Below are positions 10,410-22,949 of a stretch of 64,000 nt of DNA, piece by piece (position 1 is the stretch's first letter; each line of letters starts with the position of its first letter). The notes beneath the pieces are model-generated. The model did not search any database and was not told the origin of the DNA. It saw nothing but the letters and a program-made list of their open reading frames with translations. The DNA is from an uncultured Gemmatimonadales bacterium (GTDB taxonomy: Bacteria > Gemmatimonadota > Gemmatimonadetes > Gemmatimonadales > GWC2-71-9), in NCBI GenBank assembly GCA_963828735.1, contig CAWHFW010000001.1, positions 32,001 to 96,000 of the forward strand, written 5' to 3'. A program made the position numbers and the translations under genes.

Positions 10410-10837
10410 GCGTGGCCTTCCTCACCCGCGACCCCATCGAGCTCCCGCCGTTGCTGGCGAGGGTGTGCGCGCCGGACCGCGGTGGGGTGGCGACGTTCCT
10501 GGGGCAGGTGCGGAACCACCACGGCGGCCGGGCGGTACGGCGTCTTGAGTACTCCGCCTACGGCCCGATGGCCGAAGCGGAATGCGCGCGCATCGTGGCG
10601 GATGCGGAGCGACGCTGGGGCGTGGCGGTCGCGCTCCGGCACCGGCTCGGCTCGCTGGAGGTCGGCGAGACGGCCGTGGCCGTCGTTGCGGCATCGGCCC
10701 ACCGTGAGGATGCCTTCGCCGCCTGCCGGCACGTGATCGAAGAGGTCAAGCGCCGCGTGCCGATCTGGAAACGAGAACACTACGCCGACGGTACGGTGAC
10801 GTGGGTGGATCCCACTGCCGCGCTGGAGCACGTCTGA
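10406..10837 (+). CDS. moaE: Molybdopterin synthase catalytic subunit
   Basis: GGVATFLGQVRNH, LEYSAY, HRLG, VKRRVPIWKRE motifs. GTGA overlap. Confidence 0.92.
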   Translation: MSVAFLTRDPIELPPLLARVCAPDRGGVATFLGQVRNHHGGRAVRRLEYSAYGPMAEAECARIVADAERRWGVAVALRHRLGSLEVGETAVAVVAASAHREDAFAACRHVIEEVKRRVPIWKREHYADGTVTWVDPTAALEHV

Positions 10838-11856
10838 TGCTCCTCGATACGTTCGGCCGCCCGCTCCGGAATCTCCGCATCTCCGTGACCGACCGCTGCA
10901 ACATGCGGTGCCGGTACTGCATGCCGGAGGCTGAGTACGTGTGGCTACCGCGCGAGTCGATCCTCACGTTTGAGGAGATCGACCGCCTGGCCGGCATTTT
11001 CGCCGACCTCGGTGTGCGAAAGATCCGGCTCACGGGCGGAGAGCCGCTGCTGCGGCACGGGCTGCCTGCGCTGGTGTGCCTGCTCGGACAGCACGCGCCC
11101 ATTCGCGACATCGCGCTCACCACGAACGGCATCCTGCTCGCGCGGCACGCCGCGGCGCTTCGCGCCTCGGGGCTCCGGCGCGTGACGGTGAGTCTGGACA
11201 CGCTTCGGCCCGACCGGATGGTCGCGTTTGCCCGGAGCGCGCGGCACGCCGACGTGCTCGAGGGCATTGCAGCGGCATCGACGGCGGGGTTCGATGCCGT
11301 CAAGCTGAATACCGTGGTCATTCGGGGCCACAACGACGACGAGATCCTTGACCTGCTCGACTTCGCCCGAGCCCATGCGGTCGAGATCCGCTTCATCGAA
11401 TACATGGACGTCGGCGGCGCGACGCGCTGGGACATGGGACAGGTCGTCTCCCAGCATGAGATCCTCGAGACCATCGCCGCTCGCCACGGACACCTCACGG
11501 CGCTGCACGAGGACGACTGGGCGCCCGCCGAGCGCTTCCGTCTGCCCGACGGCACTGCCTTCGGCGTGATCGCGTCCACCACGGCACCGTTCTGCCGCAC
11601 CTGCGACCGCGCCCGCCTGACGGCGGACGGCACCCTGCTTCTCTGCCTCTATGGCGAGCGCGGTCTCGATCTCCGGGAGCTGCTGCGCATGGGCGCTTCC
11701 GACGAAGACATCGCCGCCCGCATCGGCGAGACGTGGGAGACCCGGACGGATCGCGGCGCCGAGGAGCGCACGGCACTCGCCGAGCGCGGCGTGCTGCACC
11801 AGATCGAGAGCCTCCGCGCCGATCCTCGGCGCGAGATGCACACGCGCGGCGGCTGA
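10837..11856 (+). CDS. moaA: GTP 3',8-cyclase (radical SAM)
   Basis: LRISVTDRCNMRCRYCM, RLTGGEP, PFCRTCDRARL motifs and C-terminal GG. Confidence 0.95.
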   Translation: MLLDTFGRPLRNLRISVTDRCNMRCRYCMPEAEYVWLPRESILTFEEIDRLAGIFADLGVRKIRLTGGEPLLRHGLPALVCLLGQHAPIRDIALTTNGILLARHAAALRASGLRRVTVSLDTLRPDRMVAFARSARHADVLEGIAAASTAGFDAVKLNTVVIRGHNDDEILDLLDFARAHAVEIRFIEYMDVGGATRWDMGQVVSQHEILETIAARHGHLTALHEDDWAPAERFRLPDGTAFGVIASTTAPFCRTCDRARLTADGTLLLCLYGERGLDLRELLRMGASDEDIAARIGETWETRTDRGAEERTALAERGVLHQIESLRADPRREMHTRGG

Positions 11857-12338
11857 TGGCGCTGCACGTCGCGCTCATCCAGCCCCGAATCCCGCCGAAC
11901 ACGGGCAACATCGCCCGGCTGTGCGCGGCCACGGACACGCCGCTCCACCTCATCGGACCGCTGGGTTTCTCGATCGACGCCCGCGACGTCAAGCGCGCGG
12001 GACTCGACTACTGGGACAAGGTGGACCTGTGGATGCACCCCGACTGGTTCGAGTTCCGAGACGCGATCAGCCGAGACCGGTGCCTTTACTTCTCCGCCAA
12101 CGCCGAGAACGACTATCGCACGGCGCCGTTTCGGGATCGGAGCGTCCTGGTGTTCGGCAACGAAACCGAGGGCATGCCGGCGCGGATCCTCGAGAAGCAT
12201 CCGCGCCGCTGCTTTCGCATTCCGATGCCCGGCGAGGTCCGAAGTCTCAACCTCGCGAACGCGGTGAGCGTGGTCCTGTACGAGGCGCTGCGCCAGCTCG
12301 GGCTCACGGTGCCCGCGGGGTTGGAGGCCGAGTTGTAG
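11856..12338 (+). CDS. trmL: tRNA (cytidine/uridine-34 2'-O)-methyltransferase
   Basis: PRIPPNTGNIARLC, KRAGLDYW, FGNETEG, RSLNLAN motifs. Confidence 0.92.
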   Translation: MALHVALIQPRIPPNTGNIARLCAATDTPLHLIGPLGFSIDARDVKRAGLDYWDKVDLWMHPDWFEFRDAISRDRCLYFSANAENDYRTAPFRDRSVLVFGNETEGMPARILEKHPRRCFRIPMPGEVRSLNLANAVSVVLYEALRQLGLTVPAGLEAEL

Positions 12339-12458
12339 GCGGATAGATTCGTGCCGCTTGGAGAGCCCTGAGCCGCGCGAGCATCCCCGATGAGGCGTGT
12401 CCCGCTGGGGCGCCGGCCGGGGCGACTTCGAAAACAATCCACACGAAAGCGACCTGGC

Positions 12459-13391
12459 ATGCTCGGAAAAGTGGCCGTCGTGGGCGCAGGCAACGTCGGC
12501 GCCACTGCAGCGCAACGCCTCGCCGAGAAGAATCTCGCCCGAACCGTGGTCATGATCGACGTGGTCGAGGGCGTTCCCCAGGGCAAGGGCCTCGATCAAT
12601 GGCAGTCCGGACCAATCGAGGGCTTCGACACCCGGATCATCGGCACCAATGGTTACGACGAAGCCGCGGGCGCCGACCTGTTCGTCGTCACGGCCGGCAT
12701 CGCGCGCAAGCCGGGCATGAGCCGGGACGACCTGGTGAAGACCAACGCAGGCATCGTGCGCTCCGTCGCCAAGGAGATTGCCCGCGTCGCGCCCAAGTCC
12801 ATCATCGTCGTGGTGTCGAACCCGCTCGACGTGATGTGCTACGTGGCGATGAAGGCCAGCGGCTTCCCGCGCGAGCGCGTTCTCGGCATGGCGGGCGTGC
12901 TCGATACCGCCCGGTACCGGACGTTCCTCGCCGAGGCAATGGACGTCTCGGTCGAGGACATACAGGCCATGGTGCTCGGCGGACACGGTGACACGATGGT
13001 GCCGCTCGTCTCGTACACCACCGTGTCTGGGATTCCGGTAAGCCAGCTGCTCGCGGCCGACAAGCTCGCGAGCATCGTGGACCGGACGCGAAATGGCGGG
13101 GCCGAGATCGTGGCCTTCCTCAAGACGGGCTCGGCGTACTATGCCCCAAGCGCGGCGGCCATTCAGATGGTGGAGGCCATCGCGCTCGACAAGCGACGCA
13201 TTCTTCCGTGCTCGGCCTGGCTCCAGGGCGAGTTCGGGCTCAAGGACGTGTTCTGCGGTGTCCCGTGCAAGCTGGGACGCAACGGCCTCGAGCAGATCCT
13301 CGAGATCACGCTCACGGACGCCGAGCGCGCGGAGCTGGTGAAGTCCGCCGAGGCGGTGCGGGCCACGCAGGCGGTGGTCGACGCTGCCTGA
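12459..13391 (+). CDS. mdh: Malate dehydrogenase (LDH-like)
   Basis: [33 protein letters not shown] motifs. Confidence 0.95.
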   Translation: MLGKVAVVGAGNVGATAAQRLAEKNLARTVVMIDVVEGVPQGKGLDQWQSGPIEGFDTRIIGTNGYDEAAGADLFVVTAGIARKPGMSRDDLVKTNAGIVRSVAKEIARVAPKSIIVVVSNPLDVMCYVAMKASGFPRERVLGMAGVLDTARYRTFLAEAMDVSVEDIQAMVLGGHGDTMVPLVSYTTVSGIPVSQLLAADKLASIVDRTRNGGAEIVAFLKTGSAYYAPSAAAIQMVEAIALDKRRILPCSAWLQGEFGLKDVFCGVPCKLGRNGLEQILEITLTDAERAELVKSAEAVRATQAVVDAA

Positions 13392-13403
13392 CGGGGAGCT
13401 GTC

Positions 13404-14066
13404 ATGAATCGCGCGCAGGCGCTGTGGAACACGTCGGTCGGGAAGAAGGCGGTCATGGCGGTCACCGGCATCATCATGGTGGCCTACCTGATCACGCACG
13501 TGCTGGCCAACCTGCTCGTGTTCCAGGGCCCGGCGAGGATCAACGCCTACAGCAGGTTCCTGCACGGCACCGGCGGGGCGCTCTGGGCCGCGCGGCTGGT
13601 CCTGTTCGTCGCCGTCGTCCTCCACATCATCGCCGCGGTGCAGCTCACCGGCCGGCGGCGGGCTGCTCGGCCGATCGGGTACGCCGCCGGGCGTGACCCG
13701 CAGGTGTCCACCATCGCCTCACGCACGATTCGCTGGGGCGGGGTGCTCATCCTCGTCTTCCTCGTCTACCACATCCTCCACTTCACCCTCGGCGACGTGC
13801 ACGGCTCGTTCGTCGAGGGCGATCCCTACCACAACGTGGCGTCCGGGTTCGGCAACCCGGTGGTGGTGGTCTTCTACGAGCTCGCGATGGCCGCGGTGGG
13901 CCTGCACCTCTATCACGGCATCTGGAGCAGCGGGCGCAGCCTGGGCCTGAGCGCGCCGTCGCCCCGTCCGATCCGGCGACAGCTGGCGCTGGCGCTCGCG
14001 GTGCTGGTGTGGGCCGGGTTCACGGTCATTCCGATCGCGGCCTACCTGGGCATGATCCGGCCGTGA
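13404..14066 (+). CDS. sdhC: Succinate dehydrogenase cytochrome b subunit
   Basis: [12 protein letters not shown] motif, five transmembrane segments with heme-ligand histidines, directly upstream of sdhA. Confidence 0.88.
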   Translation: MNRAQALWNTSVGKKAVMAVTGIIMVAYLITHVLANLLVFQGPARINAYSRFLHGTGGALWAARLVLFVAVVLHIIAAVQLTGRRRAARPIGYAAGRDPQVSTIASRTIRWGGVLILVFLVYHILHFTLGDVHGSFVEGDPYHNVASGFGNPVVVVFYELAMAAVGLHLYHGIWSSGRSLGLSAPSPRPIRRQLALALAVLVWAGFTVIPIAAYLGMIRP

Positions 14067-14085
14067 CGGCGACAGGGAGAGCAGC

Positions 14086-15995
<1,910 letters not shown>

Positions 15996-15999
<4 letters not shown>

Positions 16000-16766
16000 A
16001 TCTCACGCTCCACGTCTGGCGCCAATCCGGTCCCGGCGTTTCGGGCCGCATGGTGCGGTACGAGGCGCACGACATCAGCCCGGACATGTCCTTCCTCGAG
16101 ATGCTGGACGTGGTGAACGAGCGGCTGATGGAGACCGGTGACACGCCCATCGCGTTCGACCACGACTGCCGCGAAGGCATCTGCGGGGCCTGCAGCCTCA
16201 TGATCGACGGGGTGGCCCACGGCCCCAACAAGGGCACGGCCACCTGTCAGTTGCACATGCGGAGCTTCGCGGACGGCGATGAGATCCGCGTCGAGCCGTG
16301 GCGGGCGCGCGCCTTCCCGGTGGTGAAGGACCTGGTCGTGGACCGATCCGCCCTGGACCGAATCATCGCGGCCGGCGGCTACATCAGCGCGCCGACAGGG
16401 AGTGCGCCCGACGGCAACGCCACGCTCATCCCCAAGGAGGCCGTCGACACGGCGATGGACGCCGCCCAGTGCATCGGGTGCGGCGCCTGCGTCGCGGCCT
16501 GCCCCAACGGCTCCGCCTCGCTGTTCACCGCGGCCAAGGTCACCCACCTCGGCCTCCTCCCCCAGGGCCAACCCGAGCGTCTCCAGCGGGCGCGGCGGAT
16601 GGTCGAGCGCATGGACGTCGAGAGGTTCGGCGGCTGCACGCTTTACGGCGAGTGCCAGGAAGCCTGCCCCAAGATGATCAGCATCGACACCATCACCCGC
16701 ATGAACCGCGATTACCTCCGGGCCGCCGTGGCGCCGGTCCGCGCGGTCGCGGTCGAATCGGACTGA
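15996..16766 (+). CDS. sdhB: Succinate dehydrogenase iron-sulfur subunit
   Basis: [34 protein letters not shown] motifs. Confidence 0.95.
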
Positions 16767-18007
16767 GCCGCGCCCGGCTCGCGCTGACGCTGCTGTCGCT
16801 CACGCCCTGGTGCGCGGCGACCGCGCAGCAGTCGGCGTGGGTGCGTGCCGGTGCGCAGGCGGTGCCGGCGTACGGCTATGCCGACCCGGTGCCCGGTGGG
16901 TCGGGGCTGGGCGAGGTCCGGATCGTCCAACCGGCTGTCTTCCTGCACGCGGGCGCCTTCGACCGGCTCCGATTCACTGGCATGCTCAACCTCGAGGGGG
17001 CCACGATTCCCGAGGGCGAGCTGGCCCCAGGCAACTGGGGCGAAGGCTTTGTCGATCGGCGTCATCCCCACACCTACGTCCACGAGCTGATGCTGGCCGC
17101 CGACCTGCTCGGTGGGCGCGACGGTCGCGCGCGCGCGTCGCTCAGCCTGGGCAAAGGCTTCGCGCCGTTCGGCACCGACGATCCGATGGTCCGGCCGTTC
17201 CTCCGCTATCCCGTGAACCATCACCTAGCGCAGATCCTCGAGCGTGCCGTTGCCATCGCGGCGGTACGCGCGGGGCCCGTCACCGCGGAGGCCGGCCTCT
17301 TCAACGGCGACGAGCCCGAACGGCCCAGCCAGTGGCCCAGGATCAGCGGGCGGTTCGGCGACTCCTGGAGCGCGCGCCTCACGGGCGAGCTCGTTCCGGG
17401 CGGTACGGTGCAGGGGTCGTACGCGCACGTGCATTCGCCCGAGCATCGGCCCGGCGCGGGTACGGACCAGGAGAAGTGGAGTCTATCGGGGAGATGGGAG
17501 CGGCCCATCGGTGGGCATCCCGTGTACGGCCTGATCGAGTGGGCCCGCACCTCGGAGGCGGGCGGGTTCTTCGTGTTCCACAGCGTGTTGGCCGAAGGTG
17601 CATGGACCGCCGGGCCCCATCGTCTCCAGTACCGGTTCGAGCGTACCGAGCGGCCCGAGGAGGAACGGATCGCGCGGTTTCGCTCGCTCCGGCCGCATCT
17701 CGAGAACTCGATCCTCGGCACGACCCGCTGGACCACGCACACCCTCGGGTACGAGGTTCAGGCCGCCGGCAGCGCAGGCGGCCTGCTGACCGTCCGTCCG
17801 CTCGTGGAGGTCGAGTATGCGAGCGTGGCCAAGGTCGGCGGTGGAGTGGTCGACGTGGACGGACTGTATGGCGACGACCACATCTGGTCGCTTACGGTCG
17901 CGGTGCGGCTCTCCGCCGGGATGAGAATGCACCGGATGGGCCGGTACGGCGCCGCGGAGGATGCAGACGCGATGGCCATGCACGATCACCAGGGGATGAT
18001 GCCGTAA
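16763..18007 (+). CDS. Hypothetical exported protein, probable outer-membrane beta-barrel, His/Met-rich; probable CTG start
   Basis: Signal peptide ([22 protein letters not shown]), amphipathic strands, [12 protein letters not shown] and VNHHL motifs, [16 protein letters not shown] tail. No in-frame ATG/GTG/TTG near the start of the signal peptide. Confidence 0.65.
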   Translation: MSRARLALTLLSLTPWCAATAQQSAWVRAGAQAVPAYGYADPVPGGSGLGEVRIVQPAVFLHAGAFDRLRFTGMLNLEGATIPEGELAPGNWGEGFVDRRHPHTYVHELMLAADLLGGRDGRARASLSLGKGFAPFGTDDPMVRPFLRYPVNHHLAQILERAVAIAAVRAGPVTAEAGLFNGDEPERPSQWPRISGRFGDSWSARLTGELVPGGTVQGSYAHVHSPEHRPGAGTDQEKWSLSGRWERPIGGHPVYGLIEWARTSEAGGFFVFHSVLAEGAWTAGPHRLQYRFERTERPEEERIARFRSLRPHLENSILGTTRWTTHTLGYEVQAAGSAGGLLTVRPLVEVEYASVAKVGGGVVDVDGLYGDDHIWSLTVAVRLSAGMRMHRMGRYGAAEDADAMAMHDHQGMMP

Positions 18008-19200
18008 TGAGATCTCGCGACATGCGGACGTGGTTGGCCGGGGCCCTGGCCCTGCTGCTGGCATGCGGCGGTGGGAGCGACACCGGCAGCGACGGAACCG
18101 ATGGCACGGGGCCGCCGCCGGGAGCCGCGTTCGAGGTGCTGGCAGGCGGGAACAACGTGCCCGAGCGGTTCAGCTCCGATCTCTGGGTGCACGGACCATG
18201 GGCGTACACCGGGACCTGGGGAGCTGCGCCGCGGAACGGCGCACGGGGAGACGTTCTCAAGATCTGGTCGCTGAACGCGAGTGGGGCCCCGACGCTCGCC
18301 GACTCGATCAAGCTCCCCGCCATCTCGACCGTGAGCGACGTTCAGGTGAGCGAGGACGGCAGCGTGCTCGTGTTCAGTACCGAGCGCGGCGCCAACGCGG
18401 GACTCTACGTCTACGACCTGAGCGATCCTCGCGTGCCGGTCCTCAGCGACAGCGCGCTCGTGGCCGACGGCATCCACACCGCCACCATCGCGGACATCGA
18501 CGGGCGGCGCTACGTCTTCGCCGCGCGGGATCCGAAGGACCCGGCGCTGCTGATCTACGACATCACGACTCCCGGAGCGATCGCCCTGCGCGCCACCGTG
18601 CCCATTCCGCCTGCCTACGGGATCCACGATACCTACGTGCGCGACGGGATCGCGTTCGTCTTCGCGTGGAACACCGGGGTCATCATCTACGACGTCGGCA
18701 ACGGGATCGCCGGCGGCCTGCCCACGCAACCGAGGGAGATCAGCCGCCTGCTCACGGCGGACGACGGCGTGGACGGCGGCTCTGCGGTGCACAACGGCTG
18801 GTGGTTCCACAACCCCGTGCGGGGCGAGAATCGCTACCTGTTCATCGGACAGGAAGGCGCCGGGGTCATTGGCTCGGCCTCAAGTGGGGACCTCCATGTC
18901 GTGGACGTGTCGGACCTGGCCCACCCCGCCGAAGTGGCCTTCTTCCACCTGGCCGGGGCAGGCACCCACAACTTCTGGATGGACGAAGCCCGTCAGATCC
19001 TGTACATGGCGTACTACAACGGCGGCGTCGTGGCACTGGACGTCTCGGGGACGCTGGCGGGCGACCTGTCGAGCCGGCTGATCGCGGAGATCAAGCCGGG
19101 CGGCGCCGGCAACACCTATGTGTGGGGCGTTCAGCTCGCCGGCGGATCCTTGTACGCGATCGACATGCTCAGCGGCTTGTGGCAGTTGAAGGTGCCATGA
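18007..19200 (+). CDS. LVIVD-repeat beta-propeller lipoprotein
   Basis: Lipobox LLAC and repeats GLYVYDLSDP, LLIYDIT, VIIYDVG, LHVVDVSD, GVVALDVS. Confidence 0.75.
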   Translation: MRSRDMRTWLAGALALLLACGGGSDTGSDGTDGTGPPPGAAFEVLAGGNNVPERFSSDLWVHGPWAYTGTWGAAPRNGARGDVLKIWSLNASGAPTLADSIKLPAISTVSDVQVSEDGSVLVFSTERGANAGLYVYDLSDPRVPVLSDSALVADGIHTATIADIDGRRYVFAARDPKDPALLIYDITTPGAIALRATVPIPPAYGIHDTYVRDGIAFVFAWNTGVIIYDVGNGIAGGLPTQPREISRLLTADDGVDGGSAVHNGWWFHNPVRGENRYLFIGQEGAGVIGSASSGDLHVVDVSDLAHPAEVAFFHLAGAGTHNFWMDEARQILYMAYYNGGVVALDVSGTLAGDLSSRLIAEIKPGGAGNTYVWGVQLAGGSLYAIDMLSGLWQLKVP

Positions 19201-19213
19201 GCCTCGTCGCCCG

Positions 19214-21244
19214 CTACTTGGTGGTGCCCGTCGGGGCAGCTCCAGCGACTGGCGGCGCGGGTGCGCCGGCGGCAGGCGTCGCGGGCCACCGGTTGTTGGT
19301 GCGGTCCACGTCCGGATACCAGCCGTCGGGATCGACCACGACGGCGCTCACCTTCCTGGGGCCCGCGACGAGCGCGGTGTAGGTGTTCCGCAGCCCCCAG
19401 ATCTCCACCGGCAGTCGTACCCGCTGCGTGCTGCCATCATCCATCGTGAGTGCCAGCTCGACCGGCATCGGCATCTGGCCGACGTTGCGCAGGTACACGC
19501 GCGACAGCACCCCGGACGAATCCGACACCGCCACCGAATCCACGGCCTGGTCCAGCCGATCCGTAGTGTAGAACCACGAACGCCAGAACCAGCTCAGGTC
19601 CTCGCCCAGGCCGTCTTCCATCGTTCGGAAGAAGTCCGCCGGGGTCGGATGCTTGTAGGCCCACCGGCGGATGTACTCCCGAAAGACCGGGTCGAAACGG
19701 TCGGGTGACGTGATGTGCTCGCGCAGCAGGACCAGGCCCACCGCGGGCTTGTTGTACAGCGCCTGGCGCCAGTTCTCGTTGGTGCGCATCCGGTCGGCAG
19801 GAGCCATGATCGGCTCCTCGTCGCCCGAGAGCGCATTCTTGATGTAGGTCTCCTGCACGCCCCGCGCGAGCGGAAGCGGCGCGCCGGGGAACTTCTGCGG
19901 GAAACTGTAGTGGTTCATGAAGCTGTTGAACCCTTCGTCCATCCACCCGTACTGGCGCTCGTTGCTGCCCACCACCATCGGGAACCAGGTGTGCCCGAAC
20001 TCATGATCGGTCACGCTGTACAGTCCCTGGGCGTCGGCCCGATTGTGACAGAAGACGATCATCGGGTACTCCATCCCCCCCTCGATCCCATTCACGTTGC
20101 TGGCAAAGGGGTAGGGGTACGGCATCCATTGCTTGGAGTAGTACTCGAGCGCCGTCTTGGCGTATTGTGTCGCGTCCTTCCACAGGGAATCGGCCGACGG
20201 GGGATAGAAGCTCATCGCGACGGTCTTGCCGCCGTTCACGCCGACCGCGTCCCACACGAAGTGCCGCGCCGCCGCCCAGGCGAAATCGCGGACGCTGTCG
20301 GCGGTGAACCGCCAGGTGAGCGTGGGGTACGACGTCGGCGGACGCGAGGCGGGGTCCCCGATCTCGTCCTTCCCCCGGATGACCACCGTCTCGTTGCTCG
20401 TGCGCGCCCGCGCGAGCCGCGCTCGCTGGGCGGCGGTCAGCACCTCGTCGGGGTTCTGCAGGGTCCCGGTCGCTGCCACGATCATGTCGGCGGGGACCGT
20501 GAGGCTGACGTCGAAGCTGCCGTACTCGAGATAGAACTCCCCCTGGCCGAGGTACTGCTCCGTGTTCCAGCCGCGCACGTCGTCGTAGACGGCCATGCGC
20601 GGGTACCACTGGGCCACCTCGTAGACCGTGGCCCCGTCGATGTCCTCGACACCCATCCGGTTGCCATTGGCCCCGAAAGGGAACGACCAGGCGAGCTCGA
20701 GCACCTGCTTGCCCTTGGGGGGCAACGGCCGGGTGAGGTCGATCCGCATGACGGTCCCGTTCACCGTATACTCGAGCGCCGAGGCGGGCACGGCGGGACG
20801 CGCGGGCACGCCCGGCTTCCCGCGGATCGCCGCGATCGCGGGCTCTCCCACCTTGAGCAGGGTCACCGACACCTCCGCGCCCTTGGTGCCGAAGCGCGGG
20901 TCCTGCCCGAATACGCGATAGCCCCGGCTCTCGCTGTTGAACAGGTTCTGTTCCAGCTGGAGCCAGACGTAGCGGAGCGTGTCGGGCGAGTTGTTCGTGT
21001 AGGTCACCCGCTCGTCGCCGCGGACCGACCGGCTCGTCGTGTCCAGCGTCGCGCGGATGACGTAGTCGGCCCGCTGCTGCCAGTAGCCCGGTCCCGGCTC
21101 GCCGCTCCCCGTCCGCACGCTGTTCGGCGAGGGAAGCTCGAGGCGGCCGAAGACGGCTTCGGGATTGCTGGTGGCGGGGACGGCCTGGGCGAGGGCGGGG
21201 GAGGCGGTGACAAACAACAGGATAGCGGCGGCAATCAGGCGCAC
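19214..21244 (-). CDS. Secreted M1 family aminopeptidase
   Basis: Signal peptide, GGMEYP, HEFGH-x18-E (WMDEG), AQWYPRMAVYDD. Confidence 0.9.
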   Translation of the reverse strand: MRLIAAAILLFVTASPALAQAVPATSNPEAVFGRLELPSPNSVRTGSGEPGPGYWQQRADYVIRATLDTTSRSVRGDERVTYTNNSPDTLRYVWLQLEQNLFNSESRGYRVFGQDPRFGTKGAEVSVTLLKVGEPAIAAIRGKPGVPARPAVPASALEYTVNGTVMRIDLTRPLPPKGKQVLELAWSFPFGANGNRMGVEDIDGATVYEVAQWYPRMAVYDDVRGWNTEQYLGQGEFYLEYGSFDVSLTVPADMIVAATGTLQNPDEVLTAAQRARLARARTSNETVVIRGKDEIGDPASRPPTSYPTLTWRFTADSVRDFAWAAARHFVWDAVGVNGGKTVAMSFYPPSADSLWKDATQYAKTALEYYSKQWMPYPYPFASNVNGIEGGMEYPMIVFCHNRADAQGLYSVTDHEFGHTWFPMVVGSNERQYGWMDEGFNSFMNHYSFPQKFPGAPLPLARGVQETYIKNALSGDEEPIMAPADRMRTNENWRQALYNKPAVGLVLLREHITSPDRFDPVFREYIRRWAYKHPTPADFFRTMEDGLGEDLSWFWRSWFYTTDRLDQAVDSVAVSDSSGVLSRVYLRNVGQMPMPVELALTMDDGSTQRVRLPVEIWGLRNTYTALVAGPRKVSAVVVDPDGWYPDVDRTNNRWPATPAAGAPAPPVAGAAPTGTTK

Positions 21245-21309
21245 AGAGGGGCGTCCTCGAGGAGGCGAAGTGGAGGAATCGGAGCGACGGAGTCTAGCGG
21301 CGGCGACGG

Positions 21310-22767
21310 CTAGCGCGCCAGCGCCCGGTCGGTGAAATCACGCTCGCCGGTCACCTCGCGCAGGACGTAGGACTCGAGCCATTCGGGGAGCTCGACCGAT
21401 GCCTCTTCGGGGCCGGGAGCGACCTCGAGCAGCACCAGGTTGCGATCCAGATACTCGTCGATCTCCCACTGCAGGCCGAAGTCCGGCACGATGTGACGCC
21501 GCTTCCGCGCGCGGCGGCCCGAAGTCAGCGGCCAGATCGCCTCGAAGAGGGCGGGGTCGACCTCGCCTTCGGGTGCGGCGGACGCCGCACCGGTGGCGGG
21601 GCGGCTCGTGCGCAGGGTAGGGCCGAGCGGGCCGGGTCCCAGGCTCGTCACCCGCTCGACCACGCGCAATCCCGGCAGCCATCCTTGCTCGATCTCCTGG
21701 CGGGCGAAGGCCCGCGCCGTCGCCGGCACCCGGCTCAGCAGGAAGCGGCGCTCGATCTCCGCCACGCACGCCGGCCGATTGGCGATCCGCTTCCCGACCG
21801 CCGTTACCGCCTCGAAGAACGCGTCGGCCGCGCCCGCGAGCCAGTCCGCGCGCAGCCGAGCGAATGCCTCCGCCTCACGCTCCTCGAGGCGCTCGGCGAG
21901 CGCCAGCAGGCCGGGACGGGGATCGTCGTCCTCCTCGACCGCCGGGCCGTCCGCGAGGCTGGCCCGCACCGCCGCCTCGAGCCGGCGCACGTGCTCGCGG
22001 CCGGCGCGGTCGAGATCGAGCACGAGCACGGCACGCTGCGTTCGGCTGTCCCGGAGCTCACCGAGGGCGTCCTGCAGCTCGCGGAGCTTCCCGATCAGGG
22101 GCTCGACCCCGTCCACCTCGCTTCGGATGGGCTCGAGCAGGTAGCGGAGCCGCTTGGCCGCGATCCGGGCCCGATGTGCGGGCCCCTCGTCCACCATCGT
22201 CCGGACGGCGCCGAGCCGGCATTCGAGGTCCCCGCCGAATTTCCGGATCCGGCTGCCGAGGACGGCCGCGGCTTCGTGCCGGCGACGCGACGGATCGCGC
22301 TCGATGCGCAGGCGATAGCGCTCGAGTCGGGCGCGCATCCGCGTCTCGAAGTTGGCGAACCGCCGCGCCACGTAGTCGGAGAGCCGGCGGTCGGCCCGGC
22401 GCCGGCGCGCTTCCATCCGGGCCAGGTGCCAGTGGAGCCCCGCGCGCTGGCGCTCGCTCATCGCCGGCTCCTGCTCGCGCTCCCAGGCCAGGTGCACCTC
22501 AGCGTCGCGGCTTCGACCGGTTGCGCGCCCGAGCTTGGTCAGGCGGCGGCGGAGCCGCGGGGAGATGCTGCCGTCGATCTCCGGGCGGTAGGCCTGGAGA
22601 CAGCTTCGGAGCCGGCGCGTCGCGACCCGGAAGTCGTGGAGTGCCATCGGGTCGGTCGGGTCGCCCAGCCGCAGCGCCGCCTCGGCGGTGCGGTCCAGAA
22701 GGGCCAGCGCGATGAGGCGAGCGGCTTCTTCCGCGGGAAGGTCGAGCAGGTACTCCGGCAGCGACAC
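21310..22767 (-). CDS. CHAD-domain protein with a C-terminal, apparently degenerate CYTH domain
   Basis: CHAD motifs LHDFRVATRRLRS, HRARIAAKRLRY, LQDALGELRD. CYTH-like EIERRFLL, EIEQGWL, WEIDEY. GTG 22767 with GGAG upstream. Confidence 0.75.
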   Translation of the reverse strand: MSLPEYLLDLPAEEAARLIALALLDRTAEAALRLGDPTDPMALHDFRVATRRLRSCLQAYRPEIDGSISPRLRRRLTKLGRATGRSRDAEVHLAWEREQEPAMSERQRAGLHWHLARMEARRRRADRRLSDYVARRFANFETRMRARLERYRLRIERDPSRRRHEAAAVLGSRIRKFGGDLECRLGAVRTMVDEGPAHRARIAAKRLRYLLEPIRSEVDGVEPLIGKLRELQDALGELRDSRTQRAVLVLDLDRAGREHVRRLEAAVRASLADGPAVEEDDDPRPGLLALAERLEEREAEAFARLRADWLAGAADAFFEAVTAVGKRIANRPACVAEIERRFLLSRVPATARAFARQEIEQGWLPGLRVVERVTSLGPGPLGPTLRTSRPATGAASAAPEGEVDPALFEAIWPLTSGRRARKRRHIVPDFGLQWEIDEYLDRNLVLLEVAPGPEEASVELPEWLESYVLREVTGERDFTDRALAR

Positions 22768-22949
22768 GACGGTCTCCGAGGGGCTCGGGCGAGGAGGGGC
22801 CAATTTACAGGCCGGCGCCGACCGGCGGAAGGGAACCGTCGCGGCGCCCGGGAAGAGCAGGAGCACGCCTCTCGGCGAAACGAAAAGGACACGGCAAAGG
22901 ATGGTTGCCGTGTCCTCGGGTGCGGCCGGCCGTGGGTGGGCCGCGCGGG

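Noticed and set aside
12339..12458. Riboswitch in the mdh leader
   Set aside because: Only short GC stems, with no recognisable aptamer consensus.
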